From positions 1-28,326 of the IMG/VR virus record IMGVR_UViG_3300044723_009834: DNA of 28,326 bases; one strand, given 5' to 3'. Position 1 is the stretch's first letter. Every line of letters starts with the position of its first letter. The stretch comes from a virus (Duplodnaviria; Caudoviricetes). Of this stretch, positions 1-10,573 are shown piece after piece. A program made the position numbers and the translations under genes. The notes under the pieces are model-generated. The model was given only the letters and a program-made list of their open reading frames with translations. It searched no databases and was not told where the DNA came from.

Positions 1-2
1 TA

Positions 3-1871
<1,869 letters not shown>

Positions 1872-1876
1872 CAAGA

Positions 1877-1918
1877 GCATATAAATATGCTATGATGTAA
1901 AAATCATAACTTAGGAGG
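1877..1918 (+). promoter_or_regulatory. Putative extended -10 promoter with two small palindromes and RBS for the modification cassette
   Basis: TGcTATGAT at 1888-1896; inverted repeats GCATAT-aa-ATATGC (1877-1890) and TATGAT-n6-ATCATA (1891-1908); AGGAGG at 1913-1918 before ATG 1923. Confidence 0.5.
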
Positions 1919-1922
1919 GTCT

Positions 1923-2492
1923 ATGAACGCCATATGGCAAATGTGGGATAAAGCCTTGCCCAATGATCTATGCGATAAAATAATCACGGAGTGTGAATAT
2001 TATAAAGTACAAGATGCAACAGTCGGTTCAGACGTTGCTACAAAAAATAACAAAGTAAGAAGCTCAACTGTAAGATGGATAGAGCCTACTGATGTTAACT
2101 CTAAATTTATCCATGACATACTTTTTGATTATGCAACACAGGCAAATAGAAACGCTTTCGGTTTTAATATAACCTCTTTGCACCAAATACAATACACCAT
2201 CTATGATGGAGAACAACAAGACTTCTATGACTGGCACTTTGATACCTTTTGGGGTAATTCTAGTCAATACGACAGAAAAATAAGCATTACTATACAGTTA
2301 TCAGATTCAGAAGATTATGAAGGTGGTGATTTTGTATTTGACAAACAATATGAACAACCAAACGCACAAGAACTAAGGAACAGGGGTACTGTTCTTGCTT
2401 TCCCATCCGTAATAAGTCATTGTGTAAAACCAGTAACCAAAGGCATAAGAAAAAGCCTTGTAGCATGGATAGAGGGTGCTAAATGGAGATGA
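1923..2492 (+). CDS. 2OG-Fe(II) oxygenase (prolyl-hydroxylase/PKHD-like)
   Basis: YDWHFD (HxD), RKISITIQLS..DYEGGDF, FPS..SHCVKPVTKGIRKSLVAW (distal His, RxS). Confidence 0.9.
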   Translation: MNAIWQMWDKALPNDLCDKIITECEYYKVQDATVGSDVATKNNKVRSSTVRWIEPTDVNSKFIHDILFDYATQANRNAFGFNITSLHQIQYTIYDGEQQDFYDWHFDTFWGNSSQYDRKISITIQLSDSEDYEGGDFVFDKQYEQPNAQELRNRGTVLAFPSVISHCVKPVTKGIRKSLVAWIEGAKWR

Positions 2493-3067
2493 AAACATTT
2501 ATAGAAATAGGTACTTGTGATTTTGATACAAACATTCCACTTATAGAAAGTGGTGAATGGACTGGGGTTATGTGCGAGCCTGCTCCTACATACTTTAAAA
2601 ACTTAGAAGATATATGCAAAGACATTAAGCATAGAGAAAATCTTTTTTTAGATAATGTAGCCATTACAGATTACACAGGTCATGTATCTTTTGCTGAAGC
2701 TAGAGAAAACAACAGACCTGAAGATCAATGGCAAAGAGGTATTTCTAGCATAGTCCAAGATCACCATAGAGGAGAAAGAATTTTTGATATCTTTTCAAAC
2801 CAACGCCTTATTAATGAAAGGTTAGATGTACCTTGCACAACCCTAGATGATTTAATTAATAAATACGATTTAGAGTCTGTGGATTACCTTAAGATTGATG
2901 CAGAAGGACATGAAATGAATATTCTTGATGCTTACACATGGCACATAAAACCTACCTTTATTAAATTAGAGCATACACATATTGATGATATCTATGTTAG
3001 CAATATGCTTAAAGATTTAGGCTACATTGTTTACACAGAACAAAGAGATATATACGCTATTGTATGA
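2483..3067 (+). CDS. FkbM-family SAM-dependent methyltransferase (start may be 2489)
   Basis: FIEIGTCDFD, G.MCEP, NVAITDYTG, VPCTTLDDLI, DYLKIDAEGHE, FIKLEH. ATG at 2489 overlaps the upstream TGA. Confidence 0.85.
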   Translation: MEMKTFIEIGTCDFDTNIPLIESGEWTGVMCEPAPTYFKNLEDICKDIKHRENLFLDNVAITDYTGHVSFAEARENNRPEDQWQRGISSIVQDHHRGERIFDIFSNQRLINERLDVPCTTLDDLINKYDLESVDYLKIDAEGHEMNILDAYTWHIKPTFIKLEHTHIDDIYVSNMLKDLGYIVYTEQRDIYAIV

Positions 3068-3465
3068 TAAAAAAAGGTTTTACTTGTGGAGCTTTTGATT
3101 TGTTACATTCAGGGCATATAGTTATGCTTATGGAAGCTAAAGAGAATTGTGATTATCTTATCGTTGGATTGCAAACAGACCCATCTTTAGACAGAAAAGA
3201 AAAAAATATGCCTATACAATCTATGTATGAAAGATACATACAATTAAAAGCCGTTAAATATGTTGATGAAATATTGCCATACGACACAGAAAGCAGTTTA
3301 TTAGATTTATTAGAAGCTACACAAATAGATATAAGGTTTGTCGGTGAAGATTATAAGAATAAAAAATTTACAGGTCATGGTTTGCATAAAACCTATTTTA
3401 CAAGTAGAAATCATAGCTTTTCTACAACATCTCTCAGAGAAAGGATTGAAAGTGCTAAGAAATGA
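3064..3465 (+). CDS. HxGH cytidylyltransferase (TagD/glycerol-3-phosphate cytidylyltransferase-like)
   Basis: GAFDLLHSGH, DYLIVGLQTDP, PIQSMYER, VKYVDEI, GEDY, SRNHSFSTTSLRERI. Confidence 0.9.
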   Translation: MIKKGFTCGAFDLLHSGHIVMLMEAKENCDYLIVGLQTDPSLDRKEKNMPIQSMYERYIQLKAVKYVDEILPYDTESSLLDLLEATQIDIRFVGEDYKNKKFTGHGLHKTYFTSRNHSFSTTSLRERIESAKK

Positions 3466-5300
3466 AAAAACTTGTTATATCTTTGCTCAAAAGAGCAGAC
3501 AGAAAAGTTGCATTTCAAAAAAACAACTTACTTGATTTTGAATACATACAAGCCATTGATGGTGAAGCCAACATCTTTAGGCATATACAGGCTAGACCTA
3601 ACTGGTTAGACCCTTTTCAAAATAGACCCTTACAACAAAACGAGGTAGCTTGTTTTCTGTCACATATCAAAGCTTGGGAAAGGTGTGTTGAATTAAATGA
3701 ACCCGTCATAATCATGGAAGATGATGCAATCATTAATCAACACTGGGATGAATCAAAGTATGCAGAGCTTATAAAAGAATATCCTTTTATCTATTTGCAA
3801 CGCAACGAAAATGTGCCTGACCAAGTTACCCCAATAAATGACTACATAGAACGACCAAGCTATCCATACAACATGACCGCTTATTGTTTACACCCCCTTG
3901 GTGCAAAAAAATTACTTCATACAGTTAATTACAATGACTTTATACCCGTTGATGAGTTTTTGCCCGAAGTTTTAAAAACAACATCACTGCAAATAGTTGC
4001 CTTAAAAGAAGATGCTTGCAATCAAATACACAGAGATTTATCACAATCTGATATAGAAAACAGCAAACCTTTTAGACCATACAAAGTCCATGCAGTAACT
4101 TGTGGCACAGATAGAAAAAAATGCACTTATGTAAACACCAGTGCTAGAAAATATGGCATAGATATAGTCAATGTTGGAACAAACATAGAATGGGAAGGAA
4201 CTGATATGTCAGCATTAGGCGGTGGCATGAAGATTAACCTGATGAAAGATTATGTAGAACATTTGCATGATGATGACATAGTTTTATTTACAGATGCCTA
4301 TGATGTTTTTTACGCTGATGATCTTGAGACAATCACGGAAAGATTTTTAGAATTTAATAAAGAAATAGTTTTTAGTGGTGAGTTATATTGTTATCCACAT
4401 GATCAACTAGCAACAGAATTTCCAAACGCACCTACAAGGTTTAAATACATAAACAGTGGAACTTATATTGGCAGGGTTAGAGAATTAAAGAAGTTATACA
4501 ACCATGAAAAAATAGAACATTGGGATGATGATCAGCTCTATGTGCATAAATGTTTTCTCTATGGAGATTTTGACATAGCGATAGATTATGAGTGTTATAT
4601 ATTTCAAACGCATTTTGAAGGCACTATTAAGCTAGGAGAACAGCTTAACAATCCTGAAACCAACTGTTGCTCGTGCATTTATCATGGCAATGGGGGTCAA
4701 GACACCACTGCTAAGTTTTTAAGCCTGTACAACGCATTTCACGCACCCTCAAGTGCATATTTTATACCGCATAACAAAGTAGATTACCTATCAGAAGATA
4801 TGCTTGTAGTAGACTTTATGACTCAAGAGCAGTGCGAAAAATTAATAGAACTGGCAGACAGACATGGTGGTTGGGGTTCATTGTCTTATGATAAATTTCC
4901 TGCACAGGAGATTCGCATGAAAGAATTGGGATTGTGGGAAGAATTAGAAAAGGCTTGGCAAGACTACATTGTTCCGACAGTAGAAAGATATTGGAACCCA
5001 TTAGAGATGTATGGTCTTAGAGACGGATTTGTAATGCGATACTCACTTGAGACACAGACAAATTTAAATCTGCACCATGACGCAAGTTTAGTTACAGGAA
5101 GCATAAAACTTAATGATGACTATGTGGGTGCTGACTTAATATATCCAAGACAAGGAATAACCAATAAAGATATACCAGTGGGTAAATGCATTTTATTTCC
5201 CGCACAAGTTACTCATGGTCATGAGTGTTTGCCATTAATACAAGGAATTAAATATAGTTTAACAATATGGTCAAAAAGATTCCCCGCTGATACAATTTAA
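3462..5300 (+). CDS. Three-domain collagen-modifying enzyme: GT25 (COLGALT-like) + PLOD-type glycosyltransferase + PLOD-type lysyl hydroxylase
   Basis: aa ~1-203: ISL.KRADR, AIDG, DPFQNRPL..NEVACFLSH..AW, MEDDA, AY.L...GAKKLL, IPVDEFLP. aa ~208-415: W.G.DM...GGGMK, LFTDAYDV, FSGELYCYP, YINSGTYIG, DDDQL, IFQ, HGNG. aa ~445-612: C.KLIE....G.W, FVMRY...Q..L..HHDAS, FPAQVTHGHECLP...GIKY. Confidence 0.88.
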   Translation: MKKLVISLLKRADRKVAFQKNNLLDFEYIQAIDGEANIFRHIQARPNWLDPFQNRPLQQNEVACFLSHIKAWERCVELNEPVIIMEDDAIINQHWDESKYAELIKEYPFIYLQRNENVPDQVTPINDYIERPSYPYNMTAYCLHPLGAKKLLHTVNYNDFIPVDEFLPEVLKTTSLQIVALKEDACNQIHRDLSQSDIENSKPFRPYKVHAVTCGTDRKKCTYVNTSARKYGIDIVNVGTNIEWEGTDMSALGGGMKINLMKDYVEHLHDDDIVLFTDAYDVFYADDLETITERFLEFNKEIVFSGELYCYPHDQLATEFPNAPTRFKYINSGTYIGRVRELKKLYNHEKIEHWDDDQLYVHKCFLYGDFDIAIDYECYIFQTHFEGTIKLGEQLNNPETNCCSCIYHGNGGQDTTAKFLSLYNAFHAPSSAYFIPHNKVDYLSEDMLVVDFMTQEQCEKLIELADRHGGWGSLSYDKFPAQEIRMKELGLWEELEKAWQDYIVPTVERYWNPLEMYGLRDGFVMRYSLETQTNLNLHHDASLVTGSIKLNDDYVGADLIYPRQGITNKDIPVGKCILFPAQVTHGHECLPLIQGIKYSLTIWSKRFPADTI

Positions 5301-5308
5301 TTTTAGTC

Positions 5309-5563
5309 ATGGATCATCAGTCAAAAATAGAAATACATCAACATCAAAATAAAACTTGGTATAACTTAGCCGAGGGTTTTGATAAGTGGCGAGTCTTTCC
5401 TAGATTGCTTATTACTTTATATGGTTATGCTTTCTATAAAACCACAGAATGGTTTATGACCCTACCTGATCCAACCAATGCACAATCAGCATTTGTTTCT
5501 GTTATCGTTGGTGCAGGTGCTGCATGGTTTGGTTTGTATGTTGGCGGAACACCTAGAAAATGA
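5309..5563 (+). CDS. Small two-TM membrane protein, holin/antiholin-like
   Basis: Two hydrophobic segments (VFPRLLITLYGYAFY; AFVSVIVGAGAAWFGLYVG), basic C-terminus, ATGA/TGA-type overlap with the next gene. Confidence 0.6.
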   Translation: MDHQSKIEIHQHQNKTWYNLAEGFDKWRVFPRLLITLYGYAFYKTTEWFMTLPDPTNAQSAFVSVIVGAGAAWFGLYVGGTPRK

Positions 5564-5940
5564 TTGATAAATTAATTGAGCCAGTCACACAGATACTGGA
5601 TAAATTTGTTGCTGATAAAGATCTAAAAGCTAAGTTAGATCACGAAATCAAAACTCAATTTCATAAAATTGATCTCGCTCAAATTGAAGTTAATAAAGTA
5701 GAGGCATCACATAGATCTATCTTTGTGGCTGGTTGGAGACCTTGTTGCGGATGGATATGTGCTATTGCACTTGGTTATCATTTTGTTTTACAACCTATCA
5801 TTCTATTTGTTTTGTCTCTTAACAACTTGCAATACGACCTACCAGAGTTTGACATGGGTGCATTGCTGTATGTCTTAGGCGGTATGTTGGGTCTTGGTGG
5901 GTTAAGAAGTTATGAAAAGTCAAAAGGTTTAACAAAGTAA
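5560..5940 (+). CDS. 3TM holin (GTA_holin_3TM-like)
   Basis: FVAGWRP..GWIC motif, C-terminal GMLGLGGLRSYEKSKG. Confidence 0.8.
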   Translation: MIDKLIEPVTQILDKFVADKDLKAKLDHEIKTQFHKIDLAQIEVNKVEASHRSIFVAGWRPCCGWICAIALGYHFVLQPIILFVLSLNNLQYDLPEFDMGALLYVLGGMLGLGGLRSYEKSKGLTK

Positions 5941-6033
5941 ACCATTATAACAACCTTAGATTTTAGACTTTAGCTGTGGTATCTTTTGGTTTTGGGTCGT
6001 CTCAACAAAAAAAGTAATGAAGAGGAATAAAGT

Positions 6034-7716
6034 GTGGCAGGTTTTAAATTACAAACATTTACAGGTCTTAATGAAAAATTAAGCCCAAGGCTTTTGCCAG
6101 AAGATGTTGCACAAGAAGCAGAAAATGCTTTTTTAGATAGAGGAAGATTGGAGGCTATACCTCAAGACGTTAATGATGACTCTGAGGCTGGTCCCTCTCA
6201 TCCAGCTTCTCACATAGACTCAACAACAAAAACAATATATAAAGCACTAGATAGTTCTTGGTTTACTTTTTCAGATGATGTTGATGTTATAAAAAGCCCA
6301 ATAAAAGAAGATTCTTTTAATAGGTTTTATTTTACAGGAGTTAGTGGATCTTCTGGTTTTCCAAGAATGGTGGATGCATCCAACGGTATATCTGGCTCTG
6401 GACCCTATCCTGTAACTTCTTATAGGCTTGGCTTGCCCACGCCACCAGCATTTACCACTGGTCCCAGTGTCAACAATGCCACAGCAGCAGAGGGTGCAAC
6501 AGAGTCATCAAGGGCTTATGTATATACAGAGATCACCGAATTCGGGGAAGAAGGACCACCAAGCATTGTTTCTGTTGACGATATTGTTGATGCCGCAAAC
6601 GGTGCCACAGTAACCCTATCTTTACCAACAGCAACAAGTGGCACATACAATATTTCTAAAAGAAGAATTTACAGAACAGACCTAAATGGTATATTCAGGT
6701 TTGTTAAAGACGTTCTTGGCACATCTGCTGGAACTACAGATGATACAGTTTTAGACGCCTCGCTCGGGGAAGAGATAGAGTCAACAGACAACCTTGCACC
6801 CCCAGATGACACATCGGCAGATCATCCAGATGGACCAATGTTTGGCATTACAGCAATGCCTAATGGCATAACAGCAGGATTTAGTGGCAACACACTTTTA
6901 TTTAGCGAGGCTTTTTTGCCGCACTCATATCCGCTATCTAACCAAATAACCACAAAGGACGACATAGTTGGAATAGCCTCTATTGCTTCTGGCTTATTGG
7001 TAACCACAAAAGCCAAGCCATTGTTAGTCTCGGGGACAGACCCAAGTGCCATGGCTATGGTTGAGATAGACGCAAACCTACCTAACGCAAACAAAAGATC
7101 GCTTGTAGATATGGGAGAATATGCTATTTACTCTTCTCCAGACGGATTGGTGTTAGCTTCAAACTCAGGAATAAATCTTGTAACCGAGCAAATTTTTACA
7201 AGAGATCAATGGCAAGATTATTATCCTTCTAACATAGAGGGCTATGAGTATGAGGCAAAATATATTGGGTTTACTTGGGATGGATCAAACTCAAATACCA
7301 AGAAAGGATTTATCTTTGATCCAAGGGGTGGAAAGAATGCTTTTGTTAACTTAGATTTCTATGCTCATGCTGGATTTAATGACAGAGAAAACGATGAACT
7401 TTATTTGGTTGTTGGGGGCACTCTTAAAAAATTTGCAAGATCTACAAGCAAAAGATCCTACACATGGAAATCAAAAGAATTTTACACAAACCGCCCAATA
7501 TCACCGGGTGTAGCGAAAGTAAGTGCTGACTCTTATAACAGCCTTACGTTTAAGCTTTATGCAGACGGATCGCTTAAACATACACAGACCGTTACTAACA
7601 ACAATATATTTAGATTACCCGGAGGCTATCAAGCAAAAGCCTTTCATATCATCCTTGAAGGAACCGACGCAGTAAATGAGGTCTGTGTATATGAAAGTCC
7701 ACAGGAGATTACCTAA
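6034..7716 (+). CDS. Virion tail structural protein (stabilisation/nozzle-like, beta-rich)
   Basis: GTG start with GAGG RBS; N-terminal F.G....SPRLLP...AQ.A.N motif; YVYT....GEEGPPS and RRIYRT motifs seen in podovirus-type tail proteins; position in the tail module. Confidence 0.65.
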   Translation: MAGFKLQTFTGLNEKLSPRLLPEDVAQEAENAFLDRGRLEAIPQDVNDDSEAGPSHPASHIDSTTKTIYKALDSSWFTFSDDVDVIKSPIKEDSFNRFYFTGVSGSSGFPRMVDASNGISGSGPYPVTSYRLGLPTPPAFTTGPSVNNATAAEGATESSRAYVYTEITEFGEEGPPSIVSVDDIVDAANGATVTLSLPTATSGTYNISKRRIYRTDLNGIFRFVKDVLGTSAGTTDDTVLDASLGEEIESTDNLAPPDDTSADHPDGPMFGITAMPNGITAGFSGNTLLFSEAFLPHSYPLSNQITTKDDIVGIASIASGLLVTTKAKPLLVSGTDPSAMAMVEIDANLPNANKRSLVDMGEYAIYSSPDGLVLASNSGINLVTEQIFTRDQWQDYYPSNIEGYEYEAKYIGFTWDGSNSNTKKGFIFDPRGGKNAFVNLDFYAHAGFNDRENDELYLVVGGTLKKFARSTSKRSYTWKSKEFYTNRPISPGVAKVSADSYNSLTFKLYADGSLKHTQTVTNNNIFRLPGGYQAKAFHIILEGTDAVNEVCVYESPQEIT

Positions 7717-10139
7717 TGGCAAAAACCAAGGGTACATTTGTTGTTCCAAGAAATTTTGATCATGAGGGTAAGAGGTTTGCTACCAAGGTTAATGAATCTA
7801 TTGCACAATTAAAAGGAGAGCTTGGCGACCCATTAGACGGTGCTGTTACATTTAGAGATCTTATTGATGCTGGATTAGCCAAGAGAGATATACGCATTGG
7901 ATCTAATGGACAGATTGTTGGGACTAATTCAAACGATATTACTTTTGGTGATGAAAATGTTCTTGATACTCCACCAGCACCAACGGGCGTAAGTGCAGAC
8001 GGTGCTTTTCAAAACATAATTATTGAATGGGACGTTCCAACATTCTTTGGTTTCTCTCATGCAGAGGTATGGGTGGCAACTACAGATACGTTTGCTGATA
8101 GGGTTTTTGTAGGTCAAACAACAGCAGCGGTATTTTCTCATCAGGTTGGTAACGATCAAACAAGATACTATTGGATTAGGTTTGTTAATATACAAGACAC
8201 TGTAGGACCTTTTAACTCTACAACGGGTACAGAGGCATCTACAGCACCAGATATAGCCGCACTAATGACTGAACTTTCTGAAGACTTGTCTAATTTGCCG
8301 GGATATCAAACATTAATAGCCGACGAGTTTAGTGGTATAGCAAACGATATATCGGTATTAAATAATTCAACCACCAGAGTAATTAAATCAACTTCTGCTC
8401 CCACACAAAGGGAGGATGCAACAAGCTTGCAAGCAACCGATGTTTGGATTGATACAGATGATAATAATCAAGTTTATGTAAGAAATGCTGGTAACACCGG
8501 GTGGCTAAAATCAAGAGACTCCAGTTTAGTAACGCTTGTTGGAACATCTAGTTTCACAGGAAGTGATTTATCTTCAGCGATGGCTTCTGCTCAGTCTGAC
8601 ATTATTACAGCAACAAGTACGAATACCTCTCAGGCAACCGCAATTACAAATTTACAAAGCGACCTTAGCACAGCGGAAGGCGATATCACTACTAACGCTT
8701 CAGCTATATCAAGCCTAGGCACGAGGGTTACAACTGCTGAGGGAAATATCACAAGCATAACCTCAGATGTTACAACATTACAAAACGATCTTAGTACAGC
8801 AGAGGGTGACATTAGTACTAATGCTTCAGCTATCTCTGGATTACAAACTCAGATAACGGCAAACGACGGAGACATCTCATCAATAAGTAGCTCTATAACA
8901 AGCCTAACAAGTGATTTGTCTTCAGCTGAAGGAAATATAACCAGCAATGCAACTGCAATATCTTCTTTACAAACAACAGTGACATCTCAGGGCACCAGCA
9001 TTAGCTCAAACGCTACTGCAATCAGCTCATTACAAAGCACCACAGGAGACAACAGTGCAAACATTACCACATTACAAACAGCAACTACGAACTTACAGAA
9101 CGATGCAAGTGCGTCTTATGTATTAAAGGTTGAAGCAAATGGATCTGTTTCTGGAATGGTGCTAGAGGCAAATGCCTTTGGTGCAGGAGCAGGATCGGCT
9201 GTTCAATTTACCGCAGATAAGTTTGCTATTTGGAATGGGTCCTCTGGTACCGCCCCCTTTATTGTAAGTGGGGGAACTGTTTTTATTGATAATGCACGGA
9301 TCCAAAACGGAGCTATAACAAATGCGAAGATTGGAAGCTTGGCTGTCGATGATGCAAAAATTGCAAACTTAAGTGCAACAAAAATAACCTCAGATCAGAT
9401 AGATACAGCAAGAATTAACGTGGCTGGTTTAATTACTGCCGGAGGATTAATTGTTGGTAGTGACCTTTCTACTAACGGGAGTACCACTATTCATGGTGGT
9501 AACATTATCACAAACACAATTGCTGCAAATAAATTAACAATTACACCTCTTGAAGCAGGTCAGGCTGCGGCAGATATTAACAGCAACACAACCACGATTG
9601 ACGGGGGAAAAATAACAACCAACACGGTATCTGCCACCCAAATCAATACAACCAATTTGTTTTTACCATCATTTGGAGGAGAAAAAACTGGGACCACATT
9701 AGGTTATTGGAATGAAAATGATCTTAACTACCGTCACGTTGCAGAAATAGGAAGTGGGTCTGGTTTTTATACTGGCTATATAAGGGTTTATAAAGGAAGT
9801 TTTGCGGGTCAAATTAAAACAATTAGTTTTTTAATTTCAGATGGAACCTTTGGCACTAGCAGTTCGTTTAATGTTAATACAAGTGTAACCTTTAGTGACA
9901 CCACAAAAGTTCTAGAAAGTGCTTCACACGCTATTTTGGTTACTCCTGATCTTCAATATTTATCAGGTGGTTGGATAGCCGACAGTAGACTTACAACAGG
10001 AAAAGACAGCTCTAACATTCCTTTATCTTTTAGATATACTGGCTCAGGAACTTTAAATATTTTTATATATGCACAAGGAGATAGCAACACTCAATACATG
10101 GGCGGGGCTGATGCTAGGTTTGTGCATTTTAGTACATAG
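7716..10139 (+). CDS. Tail fibre/host-specificity protein (Fn3-like domain, long coiled coil, DUF1983-like region)
   Basis: PPAPTGV...IEW...AEVW...YYWIRFVN...GPFN (Fn3-like); 21-aa heptad repeats; FTADKFAI..PFIV....VFIDNARIQNGAITNAKI resembling tip-attachment protein J C-terminal regions. Confidence 0.8.
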   Translation: MAKTKGTFVVPRNFDHEGKRFATKVNESIAQLKGELGDPLDGAVTFRDLIDAGLAKRDIRIGSNGQIVGTNSNDITFGDENVLDTPPAPTGVSADGAFQNIIIEWDVPTFFGFSHAEVWVATTDTFADRVFVGQTTAAVFSHQVGNDQTRYYWIRFVNIQDTVGPFNSTTGTEASTAPDIAALMTELSEDLSNLPGYQTLIADEFSGIANDISVLNNSTTRVIKSTSAPTQREDATSLQATDVWIDTDDNNQVYVRNAGNTGWLKSRDSSLVTLVGTSSFTGSDLSSAMASAQSDIITATSTNTSQATAITNLQSDLSTAEGDITTNASAISSLGTRVTTAEGNITSITSDVTTLQNDLSTAEGDISTNASAISGLQTQITANDGDISSISSSITSLTSDLSSAEGNITSNATAISSLQTTVTSQGTSISSNATAISSLQSTTGDNSANITTLQTATTNLQNDASASYVLKVEANGSVSGMVLEANAFGAGAGSAVQFTADKFAIWNGSSGTAPFIVSGGTVFIDNARIQNGAITNAKIGSLAVDDAKIANLSATKITSDQIDTARINVAGLITAGGLIVGSDLSTNGSTTIHGGNIITNTIAANKLTITPLEAGQAAADINSNTTTIDGGKITTNTVSATQINTTNLFLPSFGGEKTGTTLGYWNENDLNYRHVAEIGSGSGFYTGYIRVYKGSFAGQIKTISFLISDGTFGTSSSFNVNTSVTFSDTTKVLESASHAILVTPDLQYLSGGWIADSRLTTGKDSSNIPLSFRYTGSGTLNIFIYAQGDSNTQYMGGADARFVHFST
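8664..9041 (+). repeat. Six degenerate 21-aa (63-bp) coiled-coil repeats
   Basis: LSTAEGDITTNASAISSLGTR / VTTAEGNITSITSDVTTLQND / LSTAEGDISTNASAISGLQTQ / ITANDGDISSISSSITSLTSD / LSSAEGNITSNATAISSLQTT / VTSQGTSISSNATAISSLQST. Confidence 0.85.
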
Positions 10140-10146
10140 GTAGATT

Positions 10147-10494
10147 ATGGCTTGGAACAGCACAGTAACAGATATGCACACTTTTAATTGTGTAATCACG
10201 GTCACTGAAATTTATCATCAGCAATATGAGGTTGGTGGAAAGAATATTGTTTACAATATTAAGTTTAATGTTGCTGGCACAGACACAGATGGCAGCGAAA
10301 ATAATTACACCCTTGAAAATGAAATGCTTGCATTTAATCCATCTTCAGTTGACACGTCGTCTGATTCTTTTATAGATATAGAAAATATTACAGATGATAT
10401 AGCAAGGGGTTGGGTTGAGGATTTTTTTGCTAACAACAATAACTTAGACGCAGCTTTTACAAATTTACTTTATGGACCCCCAGATCCAGAGTAA
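10147..10494 (+). CDS. Hypothetical acidic protein, possible tail-fibre-associated/assembly protein
   Basis: ATG 7 nt after the fibre stop; FI..ENIT.D....WV motif common in small proteins following fibres. Confidence 0.6.
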   Translation: MAWNSTVTDMHTFNCVITVTEIYHQQYEVGGKNIVYNIKFNVAGTDTDGSENNYTLENEMLAFNPSSVDTSSDSFIDIENITDDIARGWVEDFFANNNNLDAAFTNLLYGPPDPE

Positions 10495-10573
10495 TTAAAA
10501 TCAAAATTGCAACCGTCTGAATAGTAACAAAGGACTACATTAATGGTAAATTTAGTGATATCTTACGGACAGA

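Noticed and set aside
1923-5300. Cassette as DNA hypermodification or host LPS-conversion genes
   Set aside because: Not excluded, but the motifs are collagen-enzyme-like, the genes have no membrane anchors and they sit next to the collagen fibre rather than the replication genes.
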